The position numbers and the translations under genes were made by a program. A stretch of 64,000 nucleotides of DNA from Takakia lepidozioides (taxonomy: Eukaryota; Plantae; Bryophyta), in contig CM060732.1 in NCBI GenBank assembly GCA_030704615.1, positions 28,024,001 through 28,088,000 on the forward strand, in the 5' to 3' direction. The notes under the pieces are model-generated. The model saw only the letters and a list, made by a program, of their open reading frames with translations. It was not told the origin of the DNA and made no database searches. Position 1 is the first letter of the stretch, and each line of letters starts with the position of its first letter. This document shows positions 53,101 to 64,000 of the stretch, one piece after another.

Positions 53101-56100
53101 ATGTCTCCGCACCCAACCAGCCCAGGTTGAGATGAAATTCCTGTGGGATCATCATGCACAGGAGGGCCTAACAAACGTTCAAGCTCACACCAATTTGATG
53201 ATTCTAAAAAAAGACCTATGCAGTCGGATTATTCTAATTCTCTAGTCACGCAATCTACTGTACTAAGTAGCAGAGAGATTCAGAGAGACAAGACTGGCGC
53301 CTCAAAATAACTGGAAAAGGCAGCCCACCTTTCCCAACAATGGGGCCATGCCCATGATGACTGATGCGAGTGCAGCACGCACATGTTGTGATGAATCTGT
53401 TGACAACTCCTGCCAATTATCGCACACAACATTTTTGTAGAAATTAGAGACAGAAACAGAGAGCTATAATACCTTGGAAATCCATGCACAACTTGAGAAC
53501 TTCCAGATAGCACTGACCTTGACACAAGGGAGGATGTGTTGCAAGGCCACTTGGGGACTGACGATGCCACAAAACTTGGTCACTTTGCCTGCCGCAGCAA
53601 TGCGAACCTCCGCCTCATTGTCCCGCAACAGTCGCACGTATGCTGGCACCAGCTCCGTTCTATTCCAATCATTCCCACAACACAAACATGAATTTAGTGC
53701 CTATCACTTATCTCTCTCTGATACCTTCCCACATGTCAGTCTCCAATGTGTATGCTCCACTCTTTCCTCTCATTATGATGACCTGGAAACATCCAAGAAA
53801 AACCCAAGAAACAAGCCCCCAACTAGACTTCTGATGGCTTTGACCCCACCACGTCTGTTCATCCAAATATCTCTTCCTATTTTTCTGCCTGAATATTATC
53901 TCTTGATCATGCCAGTAGCTGGAGTGCTTTACTATCAAGTTCAGGCAATGATTGTTCTTTCTACCTCGCTGTACGTTTGTATGATACAGTTTCCACCAAC
54001 CACATTTGTCCATATGTTATCTTAGCAACCCTGAACTTACACATGCTGATAATATCTCATTCCCAGAGAGTGAAACTTGAAATGATGTTTCACAGTCCCA
54101 TGCATCAAAGCTAGTTTGATTGTTAGGATTTAGCACTGTACAATACAGTTCGTTACTTACGACAAGCTTCTCCGTTCCATACTGGAGATAGCAGTAAAGT
54201 CTAGGCTATTTAATCAGAGATAATAACATGTTTCAACATAAGAGAGTGAAACTCAAACAAGACATCGCAGACGCAACTATGCACAATATTATAGTGACTT
54301 GTCCATCTTCCTGCTAAGGTTTCTCATGAGATTGAAGGCATATGGAGGGTCACCTAGTGGGCTCAGGACCAACAGCTTCACAAAGCTCATATAATTGATT
54401 GGCCACCATGTACCGCACCCGCCAAGACTTGTCCTGACAACTCAATGTTGGACCACAAATGTCAGCCACACATCTTTCCCAGACTTAGACTTCTCAAGAT
54501 CAGCAGTACAACTGTAAGAAGTAATCATCTGGATTAGTTTGCAAGGATCCACGTTTTGAAAGGTTCAGTTGATTTTCCACGGAATAGGGATGTCTCTATG
54601 TATGTGTAAACATACATAGTGGGCTCCTCAAGCACACACAGTGGCTGAGGAGCACATAACCATTTGCCATTGTCATCCAAAAGCCCTAAAAAGTGAATTA
54701 TTTCTATGCCTAGCGGCCTCCGTTCCATGCAGTGTGGCAAGTCAGGACTCCTGGACACTCCAGAGACTCCTTATTAAACATCTGCTTCCAATTTAGAACA
54801 TGAGGATCATTTACAGTCGGCTCAATAATCAGTGTCACTATCTTCAGCCACTCCCCTCATTGCAAGGCAAACATGACAAAAAACCTAAAGAGTTCGTAAC
54901 ACTTGCACCTGAGAGAAGCTGACAATGACAGGAAGAACATTAGCCACACAATCCGCAGGGTCCAAGAGCTTGCCCAAGGCAGCACACCCTTCAACTGCCA
55001 GCAGTCTCACAGAATCTTGATCTGCACAAATCCACCAGACTTCCCATACTCAACTCCAGGACATTTAATTCACAAAGCAATTGTCAAGAGAAGCATGTTG
55101 CAGGTCTTAATGACTATAAGTATGTGTTTCTCCTACACAGAGCGTAGCTGACTCAAATTTTTTCCTTCAATATTATGCAGGCCGCCAGAACTTTAATCTT
55201 TCAGGTCATGGACAAGCCAAGGGCCAAGTACAACCCAATCCTTACCACCAGGCACTTGGATCAAAAGTTGTTAATGTGGCCAATGTGAAGACTACTCTGG
55301 CTCGTGCAGAGGGTCTGAACATAGAAAGCACATTTGGGTGGCTGTAATCAAGAGAACTGGAATTATGAACAAATTCCCCAGCTACCTTCAAGGGAAAATT
55401 GGGGTGTCAACTCCATTCATTGACTTCCAGCTGCCATGGCTACAACTATAACTTCAGATTCAGACAATAGGTGTTGGAAGAAACTCACCATCTTGGGTAA
55501 GATCCCTAAAGAAGGTCATGATGTCCGACTTCAAGTACAAAGGTTCTACAGTTGCTGCAAACTTCCCCAGGTTGAGAGCAGCAGATCGCCGGACCATGGG
55601 CATATCATCATGGCAAAGCTGGTTGTACACAGACCGTAGCTCAGCACGAAGTAGATCAGGAGCACTATGGTACGCAATGTGAAAGAGCCCACAAGCTGAC
55701 ACCCGGGCTGTGAACCATTCTCCGGCACCAAGTCTCTGTACCCACAAATACAGTCAGCAGGGAGAAAATTAGTACATTGGATTTGAAGAGAGAGGTCAAA
55801 GCTGGCAGAAACAGTTCAACTCCTGCAACAATGCCCCTCCTTGAGACTCGAGGTGAAATAGGTCGGTTCCCGGCTGCAGTGCAACCGACACAAATGTGGC
55901 AGAAAGAGTCGAAGCCATAACACCCTTCATGAGCCAGCGACATGGGTTCACGGCTTTAGATACCGTGAATAAACCACTTCAAAGACCTGGGCATGCCAAA
56001 CCCTAAGATGAATCGAGATAGACAGCGACGATACCCTTCAACCAGTAATTCTGCAGGCCTTTAAAACATCTAACACTAGCGGAACCCTGACAACAGAAAT

Positions 56101-56502
56101 TAACCTTACCTTCACAAGGGGTATAAACCAATCGACCACATCTCGCTCCTTCATCTGTGCACCAATCTTGCACAGGGATTCCACGGCCTTATCTCTCACC
56201 ACTGTCTCCTCCACCGTGCACAGAGTCTCCAGAGGGGGTAACAACACGTGTGCATGGTCAACCCCTCCAACATACGGTATGAACCCTCCCAGCTCGTCTG
56301 CCATAGCCAGCAACACTTCGTCGTCGTCGTCGTTATTCTCACTCAGGAAAGGGATAAGCTCCTTGCGTGTGCGATCCTCTCCCAGCGCCCTAGCGATGGT
56401 GGAGAGCCGCCGGATAGAGTTGAGGCGCAGCTGGATCTCATCGTGCTTGAGTTCATCTATCAAAATTGCTATGGGGTACAAGGGCTCATCCACCATCGCC
56501 AT
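50108..56502 (-). CDS. PP2AA: Protein phosphatase 2A 65-kDa scaffold subunit A, 12 exons
   Basis: [101 protein letters not shown]; last exon ...[23 protein letters not shown]. Confidence 0.97.
51158..51208 (+). mobile_element. Very short diverged LINE 3' end of the CT-associated family in a PP2AA intron
   Basis: GGGCACAAGGCTACGGCGAG..CATCTTACCAGTACA flanked on both sides by TTCTCTCT. Confidence 0.7.
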
Positions 56503-56751
56503 GCTTTCTCCAATTCCTCACACAGCTCTGGTGCTCAGCATCCGCTCCTCCCCGTGGATAGTCGACACCACCGCGTCTCTCTTCCCACCTCGCCTCCAAA
56601 GCTCGCAAAACCGCAGGCTATGGGGGCCTCCAGACTTGGCGCACGCTGCCTCCCCGCAACGACCTAGCCTGCCCGCACCCCTCCTGCACATTCCGTCCCA
56701 CCCACTCACAATCTGCCACCTGGATCTGTATGTCCCAAACTATGATATATA

Positions 56752-57317
56752 CAGTCGACCCTGCCTTATTGTTACCTGCTTATCTGTTATTTCACTGTAA
56801 ATGTTATGGTTTTGATACTGCGCAAAAAAATACACTAGAAACCATGTCAAGAGTGTAAAGTGGTTAATTGTTAGTTTATCCTGCTCTTCATAGTGTTAAC
56901 GCACCTCCTTAGTTAGTTAGATTCCATAAAGAGAATAGAGCATCCATTAATCCATTTATGAGGTTCAAGCTTAGCATCCATCCATCCATTCATGAGGTTC
57001 AAGCTGCCATTGACACTTTACATTTATATCTTGCGCAGCAAAACACCAATACTAGTGCTTGTCTCGTGAGGTGTTTAGCAATCCAGAAGGAAGTGATTTC
57101 AGCTAGGCATTCTACTTGTCGACAAACCGACATTCTTTCATATTTTCAACCTACTCAATGATTAAATATTATCTTTCATTGGCAGGACCTGGTTTACTGT
57201 GCCGCTTGTAACTGATAATTTATGAAAATTCTCCCTGCTTTCCAGTTATATGTGATACCTGGCTATCTGTTAGAAATTTCATACTCTAGAGGCCTAACAT
57301 TAAAGCAGGGCCGACTG
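56752..57317. mobile_element. Non-autonomous pogo-like Tc1/mariner element (MITE), 566 bp
   Basis: TA on both flanks; 23-bp TIRs CAGTCGACCCTGCCTTATTGTTA / TAACATTAAAGCAGGGCCGACTG (20/23 match). Confidence 0.88.
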
Positions 57318-58953
57318 TACACACTTTGACCTGGTGATTCCGACGTGGCATGTTTAATTATTAAAGTTTTGAACGTTATATTATGACAAGGATTACGCTT
57401 ACCCGGCGAGTTTAAGGTAAGCGTGTGAGGTGGTGGGGCCCGTTGGCCCGTGCTCTCCAGCAAACTATCAGTCAAATCTCATCCCCCATGGGGAAGGTGG
57501 GGAGCGCTCCACGCCAGTGTTGGACCGGTCTTGGGCGGGTATCAACTAGGGTAAGGGTAATGGTATCAAGGATCATACCAGGCGGGTACCTACAAGGGCA
57601 AAACCCGGCAATACCCTGGTGGGGTATGATACATGGACTTCTAAAACCCTGGCGCAAAAATATCAATGGGGTCTTCTTCCTCCCGCTACCACTCCAATAC
57701 CATGCATGCGTCGGTTGAGGGACAGGATGCAGTGGGAGGGTCTAGGGTAGTTTGAGGTTAGGGATACTAACTACATAGAGCGTTTTCAAGAGGGCACTTC
57801 AATGAGGCAGATTTGAGGCAGATTTTACGGCGCTCGGAGGTGTTTTGCATGGCTGCGCCTTCATGTCTAGAAGTTTGGTAGGGTTTTCAGTCGAAGTTCC
57901 TCTCTTTCTTTCTTAAATGTGTATCTGGTGTTGTTTCGCTTTGTTTTTTGTTGCTTTGAAGTCGTGCTAGCATCTGCAGCAACATCGGATTCTTGGGGTT
58001 ATGGATTGAGCACATCGTGTAAGCTCTACAAGAGCAGATCTAAGCATGGAAGACGTTGACATTTCTTTTTTTGTGAGGTTTCCCTTCACAGATGCAGGTG
58101 ACACTACTGGAGTCACAATGGAATCGGGGCTGGAGACACAAGCCACAGCCAGTACTACCGCGCATGAGCGTGAAGATGCTGGTGAAACTCGAGAGGCGCC
58201 AGATGAGGTGCTAGCTGCTGAAGAACAAGCGATTTCGGAGGGTGTGCCTTTCAGCCTTGAACGAAAATCGGAAGTTTTGGGTGCCTTATCACAGATTTAG
58301 CATTGTTTGGGCATTCTTCGGCCTCAACGATGTCGATGGACGCCCAAAACCCCAGGGGACGTAGCTACGGCGTGAGCCTAGCCGCGTGAGCCCAGGAGCT
58401 CGGCTCACGTTTTGCCCTCTAAGCGTGTGCCCAGGGTTTAGAGGAGGGAGAAGCAGGGCCCATACCCGAGTCCTCTGTTTAGAGTGGGTCCTATTATCGT
58501 GGAAGCAGTTGTAGCGCTTAAAAAAAGAGGTATAGAAAAAATGGATGGTCATTGTGAAGCTTATTGAGGTTTGGTTATTGAAAAAGAGGTGAAAAAAAAA
58601 GGCTAGGTGAGTCATGGTGAAAGTTATTTAGGGTTTCTTGCATGAACAAGAGGTAAGGAAAAATAGGATGCTCATTGCAAAGCTTAATGACGTTTGCAAT
58701 ATTCCATCCATGGTGGATGGATGATGGATGGATGAAAAATCTAATGAGAGGTTAGAAATAATGCGGAAGGCACTCATGAAGCTTATGCAGGGTTTGTGCC
58801 TCAAGAAGAGATAAAAAAAAATGAGCTCTCATTGTGAAAGAGACAAAAGTTTTGGTTAATGAAGAAGAGGTGAAAAAAAAACACATGGTCATCATCAATG
58901 CTTATTTATGGCAAGTTTGTGAAGAGGAGGTGAAAAACAAATGAGCTCTCCTT

Positions 58954-59871
58954 GTGAAATTTGTTGAGGTTTGTGTTATTGAAGAAGAGGTGAAAGAAAA
59001 TCATATGAGAACAACATTCCTTTGTGGACAAGACCAAGACCACCACAATGGAGAAATTCCATACCCAACTGATATGCGCTTACTGGCTCCATTCCATGAA
59101 TGGATTGAAGGTGCTGTCCAACGCAAGGTGAGTTCAGGTGAGTCCTATGATTTGGAAATATGCCATTTATGTATACCACCAGCAGTACAGTCCTTGGGCT
59201 TCAAGTCCATGTATGCTTACGGCAATCACTTTCGAGCAATACGTGATGGGACTGGCGCCACAGACAGGGTGAAATTTGATTCTGGAGTTGCTCAAGTATT
59301 CCATCAGGAAAGCGAAAACAGAGCAGGTATGTCCAAACGAGTGTTATCCCAATTGGAATATGTGGGTGTTGTAACAGAAATAATTCAACTGGATTACGGA
59401 ATTCTTCACCCAATTCTGTTCTTGTGTAGATGGGTGAGGTCACACATGGTGGGCCGGAATGCCACCATGAAACGAGATGATTATGGCTTTCTCTTGGTTG
59501 ACTTCAGTCGCATGTTACCTCGGATGGAGCAGCCCTGGACATTCCCTAGTCAGGTGGAGCAAGTTTTTTTCTCGGATGAAAAAAGTTCACGAGGGAACTC
59601 GAAGGTGGTCTTTCACAAGGACCCTCGATCCCGACGAGTGGTTCACAATATTACAGAAGTGGCACTGGGTGAGGGAGACACTTATGTAGGCATGGTGCCT
59701 CCTGAAATTCCTCATAACATCATGACTGAGCTTGCTGTTTGTGTTCCTTTGAGTGAGGCAGATGAATTGGCCATTGCCAACTTGAATGCACTTGCAAGGC
59801 AGAGGCAAAATGGTAGAAGGCGGAGGCAAGCTCCACATGGGAGGTACCAGGCCAGTTGTGCTATGGTCTAG
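58954..59871 (+). mobile_element. CACTA transposase C-terminal (DUF4216-like) fragment
   Basis: FKSMYAYGNHFR..FDSGV..YVGVVTEIIQLDYG..LFLCRWV..KRDDYGFLLVDF..QPWTFPSQVEQVFF..KDPRSRR; paralogous to 5348-6217. Confidence 0.88.
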
Positions 59872-60017
59872 AGTTGGTTTCTGCTATTGCATGTATTTTT
59901 CCAGGGTTTAGACTTGATACAGCATGGTACCTTGCATGGGTGGGAGTGACTGAGCTGTTGGGGTGGGCAAAATTCTGACAAACACACTTTTATTTGTGAC
60001 AGTGAACCCTAAACAGT

Positions 60018-62822
60018 CATGGAGTTGTGGCATGCATACTTTTTCTGACCCTAGTCAATGGTGGGCCAATTGTGGCAAAAAGGTGAATGCATGTTGGATT
60101 ATAGAGAGTAGCAGATGCAATTGAGCATAGGAACTAGTGTGAGAAGTTGAGTTGGGTGTTTCCTAGAACAAATGTAGGCTGTTATTGTCAGTTGCTACCA
60201 GCAAGGCAAAGATGTATGCATGATTTGTGAGAGGCATGGATAGCTGAAGGAGCAGGGATAGAGTGTGGGTCCAGATTCATCCAAGAGGGCCACATTTCAA
60301 GCACAACATTGCCTATGATTCCTTGTGGAAGGATAGCTACAAGAAACCTGCATGGGTAGATGGTCAACTCGAAGCCGCAGCAGCAGCGGCACAATTGGTA
60401 AAATCAGACGATGAGGGCACCTTCTTCAACACATTTCACCCTGTTTTTCCCCCTTATCAGAATCAGCCCTAAATTTCCATGTTGAATTATGCAAGTTAGC
60501 TGGTTGAGTGAATCTTTGATAGATTGAAGTGACTTTGACATGATACTGCCAATGTGACAACAGGAAAGTATCCAAAAACAGGTACAAGAGATGAGGAGAA
60601 GGTGTGGAATGAATACTTTTCTGATCCAGTCAATGGTGGGACAACCGAGGCAAAAAGGTGAATGCCTGGCAGATTACCAGATGTCATTTTGAACACTGCC
60701 CTGGTGGAAATATATGCCAAATGTGGGTGCATCGAGGATGCCAAGGGAGTGTTCAACACTATGGCTAAACGAGATGTGGTGTCGTGGAGTGCGATGCTTG
60801 CAGGGGCATGGGATGGAGGCTTTGGAGACCTATGAGCAAATGATGGGGGAAGGGTGAAGCCCGACCACATAACATTTGTGTGTGTTGGCAGTGAGTGTGG
60901 GAGCCTGGCAGCCCTGGAAAAGGGCAAAGAGATCCATCGTGACAATTTGCAATTGTACCAGATGTCATCCTGAACATGACTGCTCTGGTGGACACATGTA
61001 TGCCCAATGTGGGAGCATTGAGGATGCGAAAGGAGTGTTCAACACTATGGCTGAACAAGATTGTGCGTTTGCAGTGCGTGTGCAAGTCTAGCAGCCCTGC
61101 AAAAGGGCAAAGTGGTGCATGGTTGCATCACCAAAGCTGGAATTGTAACAGATGCAATTCTGAACAATGCCCTCGTGGACATGTATGCCAAATATATGTG
61201 AGAGCATTGAGGATGCGGAGGGAGTGTTCAACACTATGGCTGAACAAGATGTGGTGTCGTGGAGCGCGATGCTTGCAGGATGTGCACAGCAGTGAAGTGG
61301 GATGGAGCCTTTGGAGACCTATCATGACCAAATGATGGGGGAAGGGATGAAGCCCGACCACAACACATTTGTGTGCGTTTGCAGTGCGTGTGCAAGCTTG
61401 GCAGCTCTGGAAAAGGGAAGAGGTCCATGGTTTCATTGTCAAAGCTGGAATTGTATTTGACGTGATTATGAACAATGCCCTCGTGGACATGTATGCCAAA
61501 TGTGGGAGCATCAAGGGCAAGCCTGCCAGCTCTGGAAAAGGGAAGATAGGGTCCATGGTTTCATTGTCAAAGCTTGCATTGTACCTGATTGTGATTCTGG
61601 ACAATGCCCTCGTGGACATGTATGCCAAATGTGTTAGCATGAAGGGCAAGCCTGGCAGCTCTGGAGGAACCACGTGTCAAAATCACGATGCGACACATGC
61701 TGACGTCCGATTCTCTCCTCTGCAGTCGGGATGGCGTCGCAGTCTGACACGTGGCGTGTTCTGTAGAGAGCACGTGTCTCTCTTACACAGCGGCTGACAT
61801 GGACCCGTTCAGTCATTCAGTAAAGCCAACGTGTATGACTACCCCCACAGCTGCTCAGGCGCCACGTCACAGCCAGGCTGACGAGTCATATCTGCCATGC
61901 CACAACTGACTAGGGTTTTACGACTGCAGAGTCATGAAGTCGTAAATGGCTTTCATAAGTGCATTTGCAGTCATAACACAGAGTCGTAAAAGCCGCAATC
62001 TGTTGTAGTGGATCATGACAGGGCCTACGACATCACGGTTTCCAATTTTCCCAATTGCACATGTCCTGATTTTGTGAATATGCTATCAACCAGATGTTTA
62101 ATAATGTGCCACTGTCGCATGTTGGTCAAAAGTAATAATAATAATAATAATTATTATTATTATTATAGTAATTATAATAACAATAAATTAAATCCCCAAC
62201 CCCCCCCCAGTACCTGATGTGATTTTGAACAATGCCCTCGTGGATATGTATGCCAAATGTGGGAGCATCAAGGGCAAGCCTGCCAGCTCTGGAAAAGGTT
62301 TTGATTAGGTCCATGGTTTTATTGTCAAAGCTGGAATTGTACCTGATTGTGATTGTGGACAATGCCCTCGTGGACAAGTATGCCAAATGTGGGAGCAATG
62401 CGTGTGCAAGCCTGGCAGCTCTGGAAAAGGGAAGAGGTCCATGGTTTCATTGTCAAAGCTGGAATTATACCTGATGTGATTCTGGACAATGCCCTCGTGG
62501 ACATGTATGCCAAATGTGTCAGCATGAAGGGCAAGCCTGGCAGCTTTGGAAAATGGAAGTGGTCCATGGTTTCATTGTCAAAGCTGGAATTGTACCTGAT
62601 GTGATTCTGAACAATGCCCTCGTGGACATGTACGCCAAATGTGGGAGCATCAAGAGCAAGCTTGCCAGCTGTGGAAAAGGGAAGATCAGGTCCATGGTTT
62701 CATTGTCAAAGCTGGAATTGTACCTGATTGTGATTCTGGACAGTGCCCTCGTGGACATATATGCCAAATGTGGGAGCATCAAGGATGCAAAGGCAGTTTT
62801 CCAACACTATGGCTCTTGGAGT
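60018..62822 (+). pseudogene. Scrambled PDF-motif + PLS PPR pseudogene
   Basis: LWHAYFSDPSQWWANCGKK|IHPRGPHFKH...SLW..KPAWV, a second frameshifted VWNEYFSD.SQWWDNRGKK, then frameshifted and tandemly repeated L/S motif halves (IVKAGIVPDVILNNALVDMYAKCG). Confidence 0.85.
61670..62010. mobile_element. CACTA terminal fragment within the PPR pseudogene
   Basis: Subterminal GTCAT/GTCGT repeats and TIR GAGTCGTAAAAGCCGCAATCTGTTGTAGTG, 29/30 identical to 7867-7896. Confidence 0.85.
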
Positions 62823-64000
62823 GATTTTGACATGTACCAGTAGAGGGGAGAAAGTGGGGCCCTCAGCAGATGAGTTGAAAAGCACTAGTTAAAAAACACT
62901 GGCGCTTGATAGGGTGGGGCAAAATTTAGGCTGGGGCGATCATTGATATCCCGGACGTAGTGTAAAAAAGACGGTTGTGAGTGAAGTACACCCGTAAAAA
63001 AAAAACCCTGCTGTCTCAAAAAGGGAGCCAGTCACAAAGAGCAAGGCACTTTGTCCAAGCTTCTTGACATCAAGCAACAATGTGGACAGGGAGGTAGTCA
63101 TTGGGAACAATTTTTGTAACGTGGTGAAGAAAGCCTTGTCTGAGGATCACTGGATATTTCTCTAGTACGGTTGGACTAGTAGAGATTGAAATTCGTGCTC
63201 AGCTCAGCTTCAGACTGTCTCATTGTGAGGGGCCTAGGGTTGTTGTGCACATGCGCCTACGCCCTCTCTGCTGCGTGTCCCGAACTGCGTGTCAAGGTTG
63301 ACTGGACAGAAATGGGATTGACATTTTTGGCGCTCACAAATCTCTGAGACGACATGAGGTAGTTTTATCTATAGCTTCTCAAAGCAATTGTTGTACATTG
63401 TTGATTATAGTGTGACATTCTCATAACGATATTGTCGTCAGCTGCATGAGCAGTGCATCTTTTTGGATTGCTGGTTCCCGAAGGCATTATATGTAACAGG
63501 ACAGAGGGCAAGTTATAGCCAATAGTTGCAGGCAGTGTTCAATATTGAAGAGAATTCTATGCCCTTTCGGTTCTGCCGATCTCCTTCTCATTTTACTTGA
63601 GGTTGTCTATTTTGAGAGCTTTGATGTTTGGATGAAAATGCATTTTGGCATCAACTTAAATGGATGGCCTGCACTGGTGGGCATTCAGATTCTAAACGAG
63701 CCGGCAAAGAAAAACTACAAGTCCCACAACCCTCTACATGCAGACCCCATAACCTTAATAACATTTTTGAACGTCTATGTGTTATGTCGTCCAAGGCATG
63801 TTGAATAGAGGTGGAAGTCATTTCATCCATCTATCTTCCACCTGGATGGTCAATGTGCCACGCCATATAGTTGCCCCAAATTCCTGTAGGACTTCTCACA
63901 CTAACCTCACACTCCATGACTCATTTCACACTCATATCAAATGCCCCATATGCATTATCTTGGTCAACACCCGTTGACCGTATGGGTGTCATTCAAGTGT

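Noticed and set aside
63000-64000. Short ORFs at the window end
   Set aside because: No recognisable coding signal.

Overview
Eukaryotic nuclear DNA from a land plant. The short GT-AG introns, bryophyte-like HPPD N-terminus and many PLS-type PPR genes suggest a hornwort or other seed-free plant (inference). Intact host genes are RNA Pol III subunit RPC3 (-), head-to-head with proteasome lid subunit RPN8 (+), then HPPD (-), a PLS-E-DYW PPR editing factor (+) and PP2A scaffold subunit A (-). They are interspersed with decayed TEs (Ty3/gypsy, CACTA, RLE-type and RTEX-like LINEs, pogo-like MITEs, a tRNA-SINE) and satellite arrays. Four observations stand out. (1) A CACTA transposon carries a spliced, beta-class N4C/N6A DNA-methyltransferase-like gene antisense to its transposase. 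(2) The DYW PPR factor is fused to the ssDNA-binding PDF motif of OSB proteins, and a pseudogenised paralogue shows the same fusion and intron. (3) HPPD has a spliceable in-frame N-terminal extension containing a motif I recall from a separate small plant protein family. (4) A tail-less LINE family inserts repeatedly into (CT)n tracts. All calls come from motif recognition and manual translation; no searches were run.
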